NCBI GenBank assembly: GCA_963798665.1
Contig: CAWCUN010000019.1
Coordinates: forward strand, 59,324 to 123,323
Length of the DNA stretch: 64,000 bases
DNA from: an uncultured Chitinophagaceae bacterium
GTDB taxonomy: Bacteria > Bacteroidota > Bacteroidia > Chitinophagales > Chitinophagaceae
Direction: 5' to 3'
The position numbers and the translations under genes are program-made. Under the pieces are notes generated by a model. It made no database searches. It saw nothing but the letters and a program-made list of their open reading frames with translations, and was not told the origin of the DNA. Below are positions 9,385-18,118 of the stretch, piece by piece; within the stretch, counting starts at the first letter, position 1; each line of letters begins with the position of its first letter.

Positions 9385-11334
9385 ATGCTGTTAGGTTTAC
9401 AAAATGTTACGTTTGAATTTGGTGCAAGAGCTATTGTGGAAGATGCAACATGGCATATTCAGCCAAACGAAAGAATCGGTTTTATAGGTTATAATGGCAC
9501 AGGAAAATCAACCCTGCTTAAAGTATTTACCGGCCAATATTTACCCTCGTCAGGCACAGTTGAAAAAGGTAAAGAAACCACCATCGGTTTTCTTCACCAG
9601 GATTTGTTGAGCTTTGATACCGATGATTCAATACTACAGGTTGCGTTAGGCGCCTTTGAACACGTACTGTTACTGGAAAAAGAAATAGAAAAGCTTGGCC
9701 ATGAATTAGAAAAAAATTCCGATGAAGCACTGGCACACTTATATGCTGATAAATTGCATGAACTTGAAATACTTGGGGGCTATAATATTCATCATAAAAC
9801 TGAGGAAATATTACAAGGGCTGGGATTTCAAAATGCAGACCTGCAACGTCCATATAAAGAATTCAGCGGCGGCTGGCGCATGCGTGTATTGCTTGCTAAA
9901 ATGATATTAATGCAGCCCGATGTCCTGTTACTTGATGAGCCTACAAACCATCTTGACCTTCCTTCCATCGAATGGCTTGAAAAATATTTACAGCATTACC
10001 GGGGCTCTGTTGTAATTGTCTCACATGATAGGTATTTCCTTGACCGAATGGTTACAAAAATTGTTGAATTATATCAGCAGCAACTACATTTTTATGCAGG
10101 AAATTATTCATACTACCTGGAGGAAAAGGCTCAACGAATTGAATTGCAAAAAAGAGCTTATGAAAATCAACAGGATTATATAAGACAGCAGGAAAGGTTT
10201 GTTGAACGGTTTAAGGCAAAGGCATCAAAAGCAGCGCAGGCCCAAAGTATCATGAAGAAACTTGATAAGATAGAACGAATTGAAAATACTGATCTTGAAA
10301 GGCCAAATATGCGCATCAATTTTACTGTTGGTGTTACCCCCGGAAGAGTGCTTTGTACTTTAAAAGATGCAACGAAAAGTTTTGGCAATGTGAAGATAGT
10401 TGAGCATACAAAAGCTGAAATTAGCCGTGGTGATAAAATTGGATTAATAGGCGCTAACGGTAAGGGTAAATCGACATTGCTAAGAATGGTTGCGGGCACT
10501 GAGTTATTTGACGGTGAAAGAATTAATGGTCATAATGTAAAAGATGCTTTTTATGCCCAGCACCAGTTGGAAGCGCTGGACATTAATAACACGGTGATTG
10601 AAGAAATGAACCTATGTGGAAGTGGAAAAACAGAGCTTGAACTAAGAACTCTGCTCGGATGTTTTTTATTTAGTGGGGACGATGTTGAGAAAAAAATTAA
10701 GGTATTAAGCGGAGGTGAAAAGGCAAGAGTTGCGCTTGCCAAAACCATTGTAAGCAAAGCTAATTTTCTTTTACTTGACGAGCCTACCAATCATTTGGAT
10801 ATGCATTCGGTTGATTTGCTTATTGAAGCTTTAAACAAATATGAGGGTACCTATATTTTGGTAAGCCATGACAGATATTTTGTAAACCAGACTACCAATA
10901 AGATTTGGGAAATTGAAGACTATAAAATTAAAGAATTTTCCGGTACTTATGATGAATGGGAGCGTTGGAAGCATGAGAGGAAATTAACGGAAAATAATTC
11001 TTCAAAAAAGAAAGAAGCACCAGTTGAAAAAAAATCGAATGAGCCTGTAAACAAAAAGAAGCCCGATAATTCAGCTATTAATCGCGAACTTCAAAAAGAG
11101 TTACAGAAAGCGCAACGACTATTTCAGCAACTCGAAGAAAAGATAGCAAAGCTTGGTAAACAAAAACTAACTCTCGAAAATAATCTCGCTTTGCCGGAAG
11201 TTTATCTTGATAAACAAAAATTTGTTGACGCAGAAAATCAATATCAACAAAAATCCAATGAGCTTAAAAAAGCAAATGAAGAGTACGAAAAATTATTTGA
11301 AAAAATAATTGAGATCGAAGAAAAAGTTTCCTGA
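9385..11334 (+). CDS. ABC-F family ATP-binding protein (Uup/YheS-like, C-terminal coiled coil)
   Basis: Two ABC cassettes (GYNGTGKST / FSGGWRMR / LLDEPTNHLD; GANGKGKST / LSGGEKAR / LLDEPTNHLD), no TM segments. Confidence 0.93.
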   Translation: MLLGLQNVTFEFGARAIVEDATWHIQPNERIGFIGYNGTGKSTLLKVFTGQYLPSSGTVEKGKETTIGFLHQDLLSFDTDDSILQVALGAFEHVLLLEKEIEKLGHELEKNSDEALAHLYADKLHELEILGGYNIHHKTEEILQGLGFQNADLQRPYKEFSGGWRMRVLLAKMILMQPDVLLLDEPTNHLDLPSIEWLEKYLQHYRGSVVIVSHDRYFLDRMVTKIVELYQQQLHFYAGNYSYYLEEKAQRIELQKRAYENQQDYIRQQERFVERFKAKASKAAQAQSIMKKLDKIERIENTDLERPNMRINFTVGVTPGRVLCTLKDATKSFGNVKIVEHTKAEISRGDKIGLIGANGKGKSTLLRMVAGTELFDGERINGHNVKDAFYAQHQLEALDINNTVIEEMNLCGSGKTELELRTLLGCFLFSGDDVEKKIKVLSGGEKARVALAKTIVSKANFLLLDEPTNHLDMHSVDLLIEALNKYEGTYILVSHDRYFVNQTTNKIWEIEDYKIKEFSGTYDEWERWKHERKLTENNSSKKKEAPVEKKSNEPVNKKKPDNSAINRELQKELQKAQRLFQQLEEKIAKLGKQKLTLENNLALPEVYLDKQKFVDAENQYQQKSNELKKANEEYEKLFEKIIEIEEKVS

Positions 11335-11385
11335 CGATTCTCTATCGAAGCAGATCGCAATTTAAAGGATGACAACCGCATATCT

Positions 11386-11428
11386 AAAAAACAAAACCCC
11401 ATAAAATTTTACAGGGTTTTGTTCTTTT
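11386..11428. terminator. Bidirectional intrinsic terminator between convergent genes
   Basis: AACAAAACCC/GGGTTTTGTT inverted repeat flanked by A- and T-rich runs. Confidence 0.65.
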
Positions 11429-11443
11429 ATTTAAAAATCCAAA

Positions 11444-12781
11444 TTAATAATTTCTCAGCCTCATTTCCACTCTCCTGTTTTTTGCACGGCCTGCAGAAGT
11501 TTTGTTATCTGCTATTGGCTTGTCCTCGCCATATCCCGTCGCAACTATACGGCTCTCATCTATTCCATTCTCGATAAGATATTGCTTTACTGAATTAGCA
11601 CGACTCTCTGATAACTTCTGGTTAAGTTCGGCGCCTCCCGTATTATCTGTGTGACCATCTACGTCAATTTTATAAGTTGGATTGTCTTTCATTATCTGAG
11701 CCACATCTTTTAATGATTTGTACGATTTTGCCAACAGTTTTGAACTTCCTGTCGCAAAGAATATATTTTGGGCTGCCTTATTCACTTTTTCAACCACCAC
11801 TACATCTATTACAGGACATCCAAAGTTGGATGCTGGCCCTGCTTCATTCGGACATTTATCTTCTTCATCATTTACACCGTCTTTATCTGTATCAGGTATA
11901 GGACAGCCCTGGTAGCGGGCTACCCCTGGTACATCGGGACATTTATCTTCTTCATCATTAATGCCATCTTTATCTGTGTCTGGTATCGGGCAGCCCTGGT
12001 ATTTCGCAAGACCAGCTACATCCGGGCATTTGTCATCTTTATCTGCAATGCCATCACCGTCCTTATCTGGGCATCCCTGCAATGCAGCTACACCGGCTTC
12101 ATCGGGGCATGCATCAAGGCTATCTACTATACCATCATTATCGCGATCGGTAACTTCTATTACCGGCATCACAACGGGAGCAGCAGGTTTTTCCTTGCTA
12201 ATGTTAATCCCCACACCTAAGGAATGATACAAATTATTGGGGAAAACATCTTTACTTAAAGAAATTCTATATTGGGTTTGCAAAAGAAAATAGACCTGGC
12301 TTTTTATATTAAACTGGAAACCCAGGCCCAACGGTACATAACCACCAAATTTATTTGTATAATATCCGCCGCCAACTCCCGCGGTAAGGAATGGTGTGAA
12401 GAAATGATCATCACTGAGTGGATGAAAATTTAAAGCGCCTTCCAACTCAGCACCAAATTCATTATTATATTGCTGGCCGGAATTATTTAAAGCGTAGTCA
12501 TAAAAAATTCCATTAAATTTTCCTGATACATCTATGTACTTATTAAGACCTTTCCAATATGATACCGTAAACGCTGACGCTTGTTTTCTTGGCTTAAAAA
12601 TATCACCTTTTTTAAACACAGCACTCAAAGAAGTGGTATCAATTTCTGTAGGCGAATTATAATCAACTAAGGCATAGTGAAAGCCTATAAGTGACGGTTT
12701 AACCGGAGAAGAAAATTTTTGTGCAAGGGCAGAATAACATAATGAAAAGAATAAAATAAGAGCACTTAGTTTTTGTTTCAT
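11444..12781 (-). CDS. OmpA-family protein with beta-barrel, four thrombospondin type-3-like Ca-binding repeats and OmpA C-domain
   Basis: The track labels it +, but MKQKLS is read from the reverse complement of TTTTGTTTCAT ending at 12781, so the gene is on the minus strand. DxDxDGxxDxxDxCP repeats; IFFATGSS...GHTD...NQKLSESRANSV...NRRVE. Confidence 0.93.
   Translation of the reverse strand: MKQKLSALILFFSLCYSALAQKFSSPVKPSLIGFHYALVDYNSPTEIDTTSLSAVFKKGDIFKPRKQASAFTVSYWKGLNKYIDVSGKFNGIFYDYALNNSGQQYNNEFGAELEGALNFHPLSDDHFFTPFLTAGVGGGYYTNKFGGYVPLGLGFQFNIKSQVYFLLQTQYRISLSKDVFPNNLYHSLGVGINISKEKPAAPVVMPVIEVTDRDNDGIVDSLDACPDEAGVAALQGCPDKDGDGIADKDDKCPDVAGLAKYQGCPIPDTDKDGINDEEDKCPDVPGVARYQGCPIPDTDKDGVNDEEDKCPNEAGPASNFGCPVIDVVVVEKVNKAAQNIFFATGSSKLLAKSYKSLKDVAQIMKDNPTYKIDVDGHTDNTGGAELNQKLSESRANSVKQYLIENGIDESRIVATGYGEDKPIADNKTSAGRAKNRRVEMRLRNY
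11817..12150 (-). repeat. Intragenic tandem repeats (four units of about 27-29 codons, TSP3-like)
   Basis: Units such as DTDKDGINDEEDKCPDVPGVARYQGCPIP and DTDKDGVNDEEDKCPNEAGPASNFGCP. Coordinates approximate. Confidence 0.85.
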
Positions 12782-13053
12782 ACATGAAAGTTTTAGTTGG
12801 GAGATCTTATTTATATTTTAGAAATAAGAATAATTCTTTAGCTTTTTTTTAGAGTTCCGAAGATACAAACAAATATTATTCCACATACCCGGGCTATAAA
12901 TTCTGCCCTCTATATTTGGAACACAGTTTTGATTTAAGTTATATTTGCCGGATTATTTTGGGCGGTTTTTATGATGGTTTAGTGGCAAGAAAACATAAGC
13001 GTAAAATTATTCCGAAGTACTAAATTTTTTTGAATAATTTTTTTTATTTTAAT

Positions 13054-13126
13054 GGCCCCGTAGCTCAGTGGATAGAGCAACAGCCTTCTAAGCTGTGGGT
13101 CGAACGTTCGAGTCGTTCCGGGGTCA
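13054..13126 (+). tRNA. tRNA-Arg (anticodon TCT)
   Basis: Acceptor GGCCCCG/CGGGGTC+A, D-arm TAGCTCAGTGGATAGAGC, anticodon arm ACAGC-CTTCTAA-GCTGT, T-loop GTTCGAGT. No encoded CCA. Confidence 0.95.
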
Positions 13127-13248
13127 CTTTTTTCAATGGATTTAAAAAATCCAAAAAGCTTTTTGCAACTTCAATTTTTAATAATACAGTCTATTCTCTC
13201 CAAATATAATTGTCTATTTGTACTTTTATATAAAACCGGTTTTACAAT

Positions 13249-13920
13249 ATGGAAGTTACAATTGAAGAAAGTTGGAAAGGAATATTAAAGCAAGAATTTG
13301 ACAAAATATATTTTCAACAAATTGTAACTTTTCTAAAAGCTGAAAAAGCTACAGGCAAAATTATCTATCCTCCCGGACCGCTAATCTTTAATGCATTTAA
13401 TAAAACGCCATTTCCAAAAGTGAAGGTTGTTTTATTAGGACAAGACCCATATCATAATAAGGGGCAAGCCCACGGATTAAGTTTTTCAGTTCCTGACGGT
13501 ATTGCCAAGCCCCCATCACTTATCAATATTTTTAAAGAACTTGAAAATGATTTGGGAATAAATCCAGGTCCAAATGGAAATCTTGAAAGATGGGCGATGC
13601 AAGGTGTATTGCTTTTAAATGCTTCATTAACCGTGAGACAAAATGAGCCAGCCAGTCATAGTAAAATTGGGTGGCTTCAGTTTACGGATACCGTTATCTC
13701 AAAAATTTCACAGCAAAAAGAAGGAGTTGTTTTTTTACTATGGGGCAGGTTCGCCCAGGACAAACAATTTCTTATTGATGAAACAAAACATTACGTGCTT
13801 AAGGCGGCTCATCCTTCTCCCTTTAGTGCGGACAAAGGTTTTTTTGGATGCAGGCATTTTTCCAAAACAAATGAACTGCTTTCTTTCAACAGTAAAGAAG
13901 CTATAAATTGGAAGCTTTGA
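13249..13920 (+). CDS. ung: Uracil-DNA glycosylase (family 1)
   Basis: LGQDPYH, AHGLSFSV, GVLLLNASLTV, AAHPSPFS motifs. Confidence 0.97.
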   Translation: MEVTIEESWKGILKQEFDKIYFQQIVTFLKAEKATGKIIYPPGPLIFNAFNKTPFPKVKVVLLGQDPYHNKGQAHGLSFSVPDGIAKPPSLINIFKELENDLGINPGPNGNLERWAMQGVLLLNASLTVRQNEPASHSKIGWLQFTDTVISKISQQKEGVVFLLWGRFAQDKQFLIDETKHYVLKAAHPSPFSADKGFFGCRHFSKTNELLSFNSKEAINWKL

Positions 13921-13942
13921 TTTTTTATAAAAGAAGAAGAAA

Positions 13943-14695
13943 TTGAAAAATTTTCTGGCAAGAATTTTTGCTACCTGGGCGCTTATCATTTTTATCGTTA
14001 CCATGATTCCGGTGGCCTTGTTGATGTGGATTATTGGTGTCATAAACGAACCCCGGCGGACTCATGTTTTCCGGATTATCTCAAATGTATGGATGAGGAT
14101 TTTCTTTTTTACCACCGGTTGCAGATTAAAAATTTCAGGAATAAAAAATTTTAAACGGGGAGAAAATTATATTGTCATTTGCAATCACAATTCATTGATG
14201 GATGTACCCATTAGTACTCCTTTCATTCCCGGCACAAACAAAACTATTGCAAAAGCTGAAATGGCTAAAATTCCTGTCTTTGGATTAATCTACAAAAGAG
14301 GCTCAATACTGGTAGATAGAAATGATAAAAACAGCCGGCGGGATAGTTTTGTAAAAATGAAAGAAGTATTAAGATTGGGAATGCACATGTGCATTTATCC
14401 CGAAGGCACCCGAAATAAAACATCTATGCCATTAAAGGCATTTCATGATGGGGCATTTAAACTTGCAGTTGAATGCGAATCTGATATTTTACCGGCTTTA
14501 ATATTTAACACAAGAACAGTTCTGCCGCCAGGTAAAACTTTTTTCTTTTGGCCATCAAAAATGGAACTGCACTTTTTGCCACCGATGAAAATAAATAAAG
14601 GGGATGATTTTGAAGTAGTGAAAGAAAAATTGCACAAGATAATGAGTGAATATTATATCACTCATCGCAATAAACCAAGCAAAGAAAAAAGCTAA
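13943..14695 (+). CDS. 1-acyl-sn-glycerol-3-phosphate acyltransferase (PlsC family)
   Basis: NHNSLMD (HX4D) and YPEGTR motifs; N-terminal TM segment; TTG start. Confidence 0.9.
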   Translation: MKNFLARIFATWALIIFIVTMIPVALLMWIIGVINEPRRTHVFRIISNVWMRIFFFTTGCRLKISGIKNFKRGENYIVICNHNSLMDVPISTPFIPGTNKTIAKAEMAKIPVFGLIYKRGSILVDRNDKNSRRDSFVKMKEVLRLGMHMCIYPEGTRNKTSMPLKAFHDGAFKLAVECESDILPALIFNTRTVLPPGKTFFFWPSKMELHFLPPMKINKGDDFEVVKEKLHKIMSEYYITHRNKPSKEKS

Positions 14696-14717
14696 TAGGT
14701 CTACTAAAACATTCAAA

Positions 14718-15386
14718 TTATTCGATCATCTTATTTCTCATGCCATACATTATGAGGCCGCCTATTGTTTTAGCTCCCACCTTATTCTTCATATTTTGAC
14801 GTATAGTTTCAATTGTTCGCGGACTCAGGAAGATGATTTTGGAGATTTCCTCCGTTGTTTTGTCTTCACCAAGTAGCTGCAATATTCTTAATTCCTTTTC
14901 GCTAAATGTGATGGGTATATTGTTGCCGTAATGATGACGCACATTTTTCTTTTGCATCAACTTGCCCATTACAGCATTATTAACCAACTGATTAAAATAA
15001 AAATCATCATTCATACATGTGCGAATGGCCTCATAGATTTCCTCCGGATCAGTAGTTTTTGTAAGATAGGCATTTGCTCCCATCTCCATCATTTTGCTAA
15101 TCATCTGTTGATCATCATACATCGTGAGAACGATTATTTTTACGTCCTCATATTCCTTGCGAAGCATTGAAATAGCATTTATCCCATCTATTTCAGGCAT
15201 CCTTATATCCATTAATAATACGTCCGGCTTTTTTATGTTGATCTTGTGCATAAGATCTTTACCATCCTCGGCCTCCCATATCATTTTTAGATTCTCTTTG
15301 GTTGAGAGAGCCATTTTGATCCCGTCCCTGAAAATTTTGTGATCGTCGGCTATTGCAATCTTTATCAGTGCAGTGGTTACAGACAT
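14718..15386 (-). CDS. NarL/LuxR-family response regulator (RR2), divergent from the signalling operon
   Basis: IADDH, LLMDIRMPEIDG, YLTK, HTH FSEKELRIL...LSPRTIETIRQNM. Confidence 0.92.
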   Translation of the reverse strand: MSVTTALIKIAIADDHKIFRDGIKMALSTKENLKMIWEAEDGKDLMHKINIKKPDVLLMDIRMPEIDGINAISMLRKEYEDVKIIVLTMYDDQQMISKMMEMGANAYLTKTTDPEEIYEAIRTCMNDDFYFNQLVNNAVMGKLMQKKNVRHHYGNNIPITFSEKELRILQLLGEDKTTEEISKIIFLSPRTIETIRQNMKNKVGAKTIGGLIMYGMRNKMIE

Positions 15387-15496
15387 GGATTTATTTACTT
15401 ATAGTAGTTGCGGTAAAAATATAAAACAATAACGAACAAAGTACCAATGTATTTCAAAAAACGTCTATTATTTTTATCTATATCCCCGGTTTTCGC

Positions 15497-15535
15497 GAGT
15501 AAAACTACAATAGTAAATTTACTATTACAAATGTA
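15497..15535 (-). promoter_or_regulatory. RR2 promoter: -7 box TACATTTG followed by the perfect 18-bp palindrome AATAGTAAATTTACTATT and an adjacent degenerate copy
   Basis: Minus strand reads TACATTTG(15535-15528) TAA TAGTAAATTTACTA(15524-15511) TTGTAGTTTTACTC(15510-15497). Confidence 0.7.
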
Positions 15536-15835
15536 ATTTGTGAAGGCTGAATTTTTGCACTTTTACTCAAAAGAGTGTATTAATCACATTGTAAAAAATG
15601 AGCAATTATCCAGCAAAAAGATAATCAAGGTACATTTGCCGGCTTAAGCAAAATTCTAAAAGAGGTGGTGGGAATCTGCTCTCGCCGAAAAATATCAGCT
15701 TTAAGCGCTTTTATGCGAAACTTTCCAATATTTAGTTGTTAGGTCAAGAATCTTAGCTTTCGGGATTGCATTATGAAGTGGCGATTGAAAAAAATCCCTA
15801 TTCGTATTTATACAATTTTTCAGAAAAATTTTTCG

Positions 15836-15884
15836 TACATTTACCATAGTAAATTATCGACAGTCTAGATAGTAATTTTACTAT
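15836..15884 (+). promoter_or_regulatory. Promoter of the small-protein operon: TACATTTA box followed by two operator-like sites
   Basis: TACATTTA(15836-15843) CCA TAGTAAATTATCGA(15847-15860), then ATAGTAATTTTACTAT(15869-15884), a near-perfect palindrome. Confidence 0.6.
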
Positions 15885-16082
15885 TTTTAAAAGTATATTT
15901 ACCTCTTTTTTACTGTTGATTTTACGTATCTACTTATGGCAAAACCCTTACCCATATTGACTTTTACTAAATTTTCAGAATTGAATTTCGTAAAATACCC
16001 TTTGTAAAAAATTTTGTTTTTGAGGAAGTTAGTATCCAAAATTGACTAAAAGCTATTTTAAAACAACTAAAAACTTACAATT

Positions 16083-16454
16083 ATGACACCAAACGCACTC
16101 CCAGAAACCAAGAACCTTGCTGAAGTAGGTGAAGACATCGGACTTGCAGAAGGAATTGAACTAGTAAAAGCTTTTCAGGAAGCTAACCCTGATGCTACTT
16201 CAGGATATTACATAGGCCGTAATATACTTGAGCAAATTATGGCACAACCTGGTTGCGTGGGAATCAATTTCCGCAAATGCCTTACCAACATGAACGAAGA
16301 ACATTTAGTTTATACAGGCGTTGATGCTGATGGAAAAGACATACTGCAATACAGCGTGATTACAAACACAGGTGATATCGAAAAGCAAAATGGCATTGTT
16401 GCCGATAGAATAATGTGGTTTGAAGACTGGAAAAATATTATGGAGATCGATTAA
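16083..16454 (+). CDS. Small soluble hypothetical protein (123 aa) of a Bacteroidota family found upstream of 7-TM/histidine-kinase genes
   Basis: ATG in an A-rich context. Core IGRNILEQIMAQPGCVGINF...LVYTGVDADGKD...IVADR. The family assignment is from my recollection of homologues, not a search. No signal peptide. Confidence 0.8.
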   Translation: MTPNALPETKNLAEVGEDIGLAEGIELVKAFQEANPDATSGYYIGRNILEQIMAQPGCVGINFRKCLTNMNEEHLVYTGVDADGKDILQYSVITNTGDIEKQNGIVADRIMWFEDWKNIMEID

Positions 16455-16563
16455 TGAAATACCGCTATATTTTTTAAAAAATTAAAATAGATAGTTATAT
16501 TTGGTCTCAAACTGACCTGCTATTTTAAATATTATAAAATATACCAACCTTATTTCACTTTTA

Positions 16564-17208
16564 TTGCCCTTGGCGTTTTTTCTTTTGTTTAAAATACATT
16601 CAAAAGAAAAATCGTTAAGGGTAATTTTTTATTATTTGATTTATTGCATTACTAACGATGCATTAGGTTTTTATTTTCAGAAGGTTGTACATTCTGAAAA
16701 CTTCTTTATTCTCTACGCAATTTTTACCGTAGCAGAATTTAGTTTCTTTTGCCTTTTCTATTATTATATTCTGCCGATAGGCTTAATCAAAAGAAGCGTT
16801 TTTTATATTTGGCTGCTTTTTTTCCTCTTTGCAATAATTGATTTTTTCCTGATAAATAATATGGATGCCTTTGATTCAATCACCGTCGGTGTTGAATCGA
16901 TTTTGATCATACTAATGTGTATCTATTATCTTGTCGGACAAATAAGATCATCTAACAGTTTTTTAATTTACTCAACAACAAATTTTTGGATTATAATCAC
17001 CTTCCTCATTTATATGTCAGGAACTTTTTTTCTTTACATAATGGCAGAAAATATGCTAAATGACAAGTCGTTTCAAAAACAATATGTTGTTATAAATGCC
17101 GCATTTAATATTCTAAAAAACATCCTACTTTCTGTTTCCATGCTTATGAAACCTGGCTTGGTTCGAACTCAAGCTATAAGACATAATGATAGAGACGACC
17201 TCTTTTAA
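16564..17208 (+). CDS. Stand-alone seven-transmembrane protein (putative split receptor for the downstream kinase)
   Basis: Seven hydrophobic segments if the in-frame upstream stretch 16516-16563 (PAILNIIKYTNLISLL) is included in TM1. The start codon is uncertain (TTG at 16564, or ATT/ATA upstream). TATATTTG box at 16496-16503. Confidence 0.8.
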   Translation: MPLAFFLLFKIHSKEKSLRVIFYYLIYCITNDALGFYFQKVVHSENFFILYAIFTVAEFSFFCLFYYYILPIGLIKRSVFYIWLLFFLFAIIDFFLINNMDAFDSITVGVESILIILMCIYYLVGQIRSSNSFLIYSTTNFWIIITFLIYMSGTFFLYIMAENMLNDKSFQKQYVVINAAFNILKNILLSVSMLMKPGLVRTQAIRHNDRDDLF

Positions 17209-17225
17209 ACTAAAAAATTAAACTG

Positions 17226-18065
17226 TTGGACATTTATATGTTCTTTTTACAAGCGACTGAAAATACTATGGGCTTTTCTAACGTACTCATATTTGGAACA
17301 ATAGGTATGTTTGTAATGGCTATTACGCTTGTATCAGTAGTGGTGTTTCATCAACGGAGAGTTATAAGATTTAACAAACAACTGCAAAAACTTGAAGAGG
17401 AAAAACAACAAATGTTACTTAAAGCCTCTATAAGTTTCCAGGAAGAGGAACGGCAACGCATTGCTGCAGATTTACATGATGATGCCGGGCCTTTATTAGC
17501 AACTGCAAGACTTTACCTTAATGAAAATTTAATTCACCAGGAACCCGCGGTACAATTGCAATCAATATTTAGCGCCAAGCAAATTATAGATGATAGCATC
17601 CAGCTTATAAGAAATATTTCTCATAGCCTGATGCCACCAACACTAAAAAACTTTGGACTTGAATCTGCTATGAAAGATATGTTTGATAAAATAAATGGTT
17701 CAGGAGTAATTAATGCCAGTGCACGTTTTCACGATAACCGGGAAAGACTCAGTGAAGAACAGGAATTATTAATTTTTAGAATCTTACAGGAATTGGTTAC
17801 CAATATTATTAAACATAGTTACGCAGGATTTATTCATCTTACTCAGAATGTGCAGGGAAATTTTTCATACTTTCGCATACACCATGATGGAAAGGGTATT
17901 TTGCAATCGGAATTTCAAAAGCTCAATTATAATTCAACCGGACTAGGGCTAAAAAATATAGAGAGTCGAATAAAAGTGTTGAAGGGAAGTATTTCATTTG
18001 ATATCGACAGTACTCATACATATTATAAGGTAACAATTGAGGTACCCAGGGAAATCGCTAAATAA
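17226..18065 (+). CDS. HisKA_3-type (NarX/DegS-like) histidine kinase with one N-terminal TM helix and no sensor domain
   Basis: TM VLIFGTIGMFVMAITLVSVVVF; H-box EERQRIAADLHDDAG; N-box QELVTNIIKHS; HDGKG and GLGLKNI G-boxes. Confidence 0.92.
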   Translation: MDIYMFFLQATENTMGFSNVLIFGTIGMFVMAITLVSVVVFHQRRVIRFNKQLQKLEEEKQQMLLKASISFQEEERQRIAADLHDDAGPLLATARLYLNENLIHQEPAVQLQSIFSAKQIIDDSIQLIRNISHSLMPPTLKNFGLESAMKDMFDKINGSGVINASARFHDNRERLSEEQELLIFRILQELVTNIIKHSYAGFIHLTQNVQGNFSYFRIHHDGKGILQSEFQKLNYNSTGLGLKNIESRIKVLKGSISFDIDSTHTYYKVTIEVPREIAK

Positions 18066-18118
18066 ACAAGTTGTTCATTCCGTTTATATCTTTGCGTTTT
18101 TAATTTAACCCATTTAAA

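Noticed and set aside
11817-12150. Regularly spaced repeats as a CRISPR array (also 37.8-38.6 kb)
   Set aside because: Both sets are in-frame protein domain repeats (TSP3-like, PKD-like) without unique spacers; no cas genes.
11444-12781. ORF track gives this gene as + strand
   Set aside because: The listed protein is only obtained from the reverse complement (CAT at 12779-12781, TTA at 11444), so it is annotated as minus.
13054-13126. tRNA-Arg as integration site of a mobile element
   Set aside because: No integrase nearby, no duplicated tRNA 3' end noticed in the window, and the core gene ung follows directly.
15938-15950. GGCAAAACCC resembling the start of a c-di-GMP-I riboswitch
   Set aside because: It has an extra A and lacks the following GNRA-capped stem, GGGACGCAAAGC junction and P2 hairpin.
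16564-17208. Calling the 7-TM protein a microbial rhodopsin
   Set aside because: The TM7 Lys lacks the DxxxK context, no TM3 RYxDW-like motif is seen, and no retinal-synthesis genes are in the window; kept only as a testable analogy.
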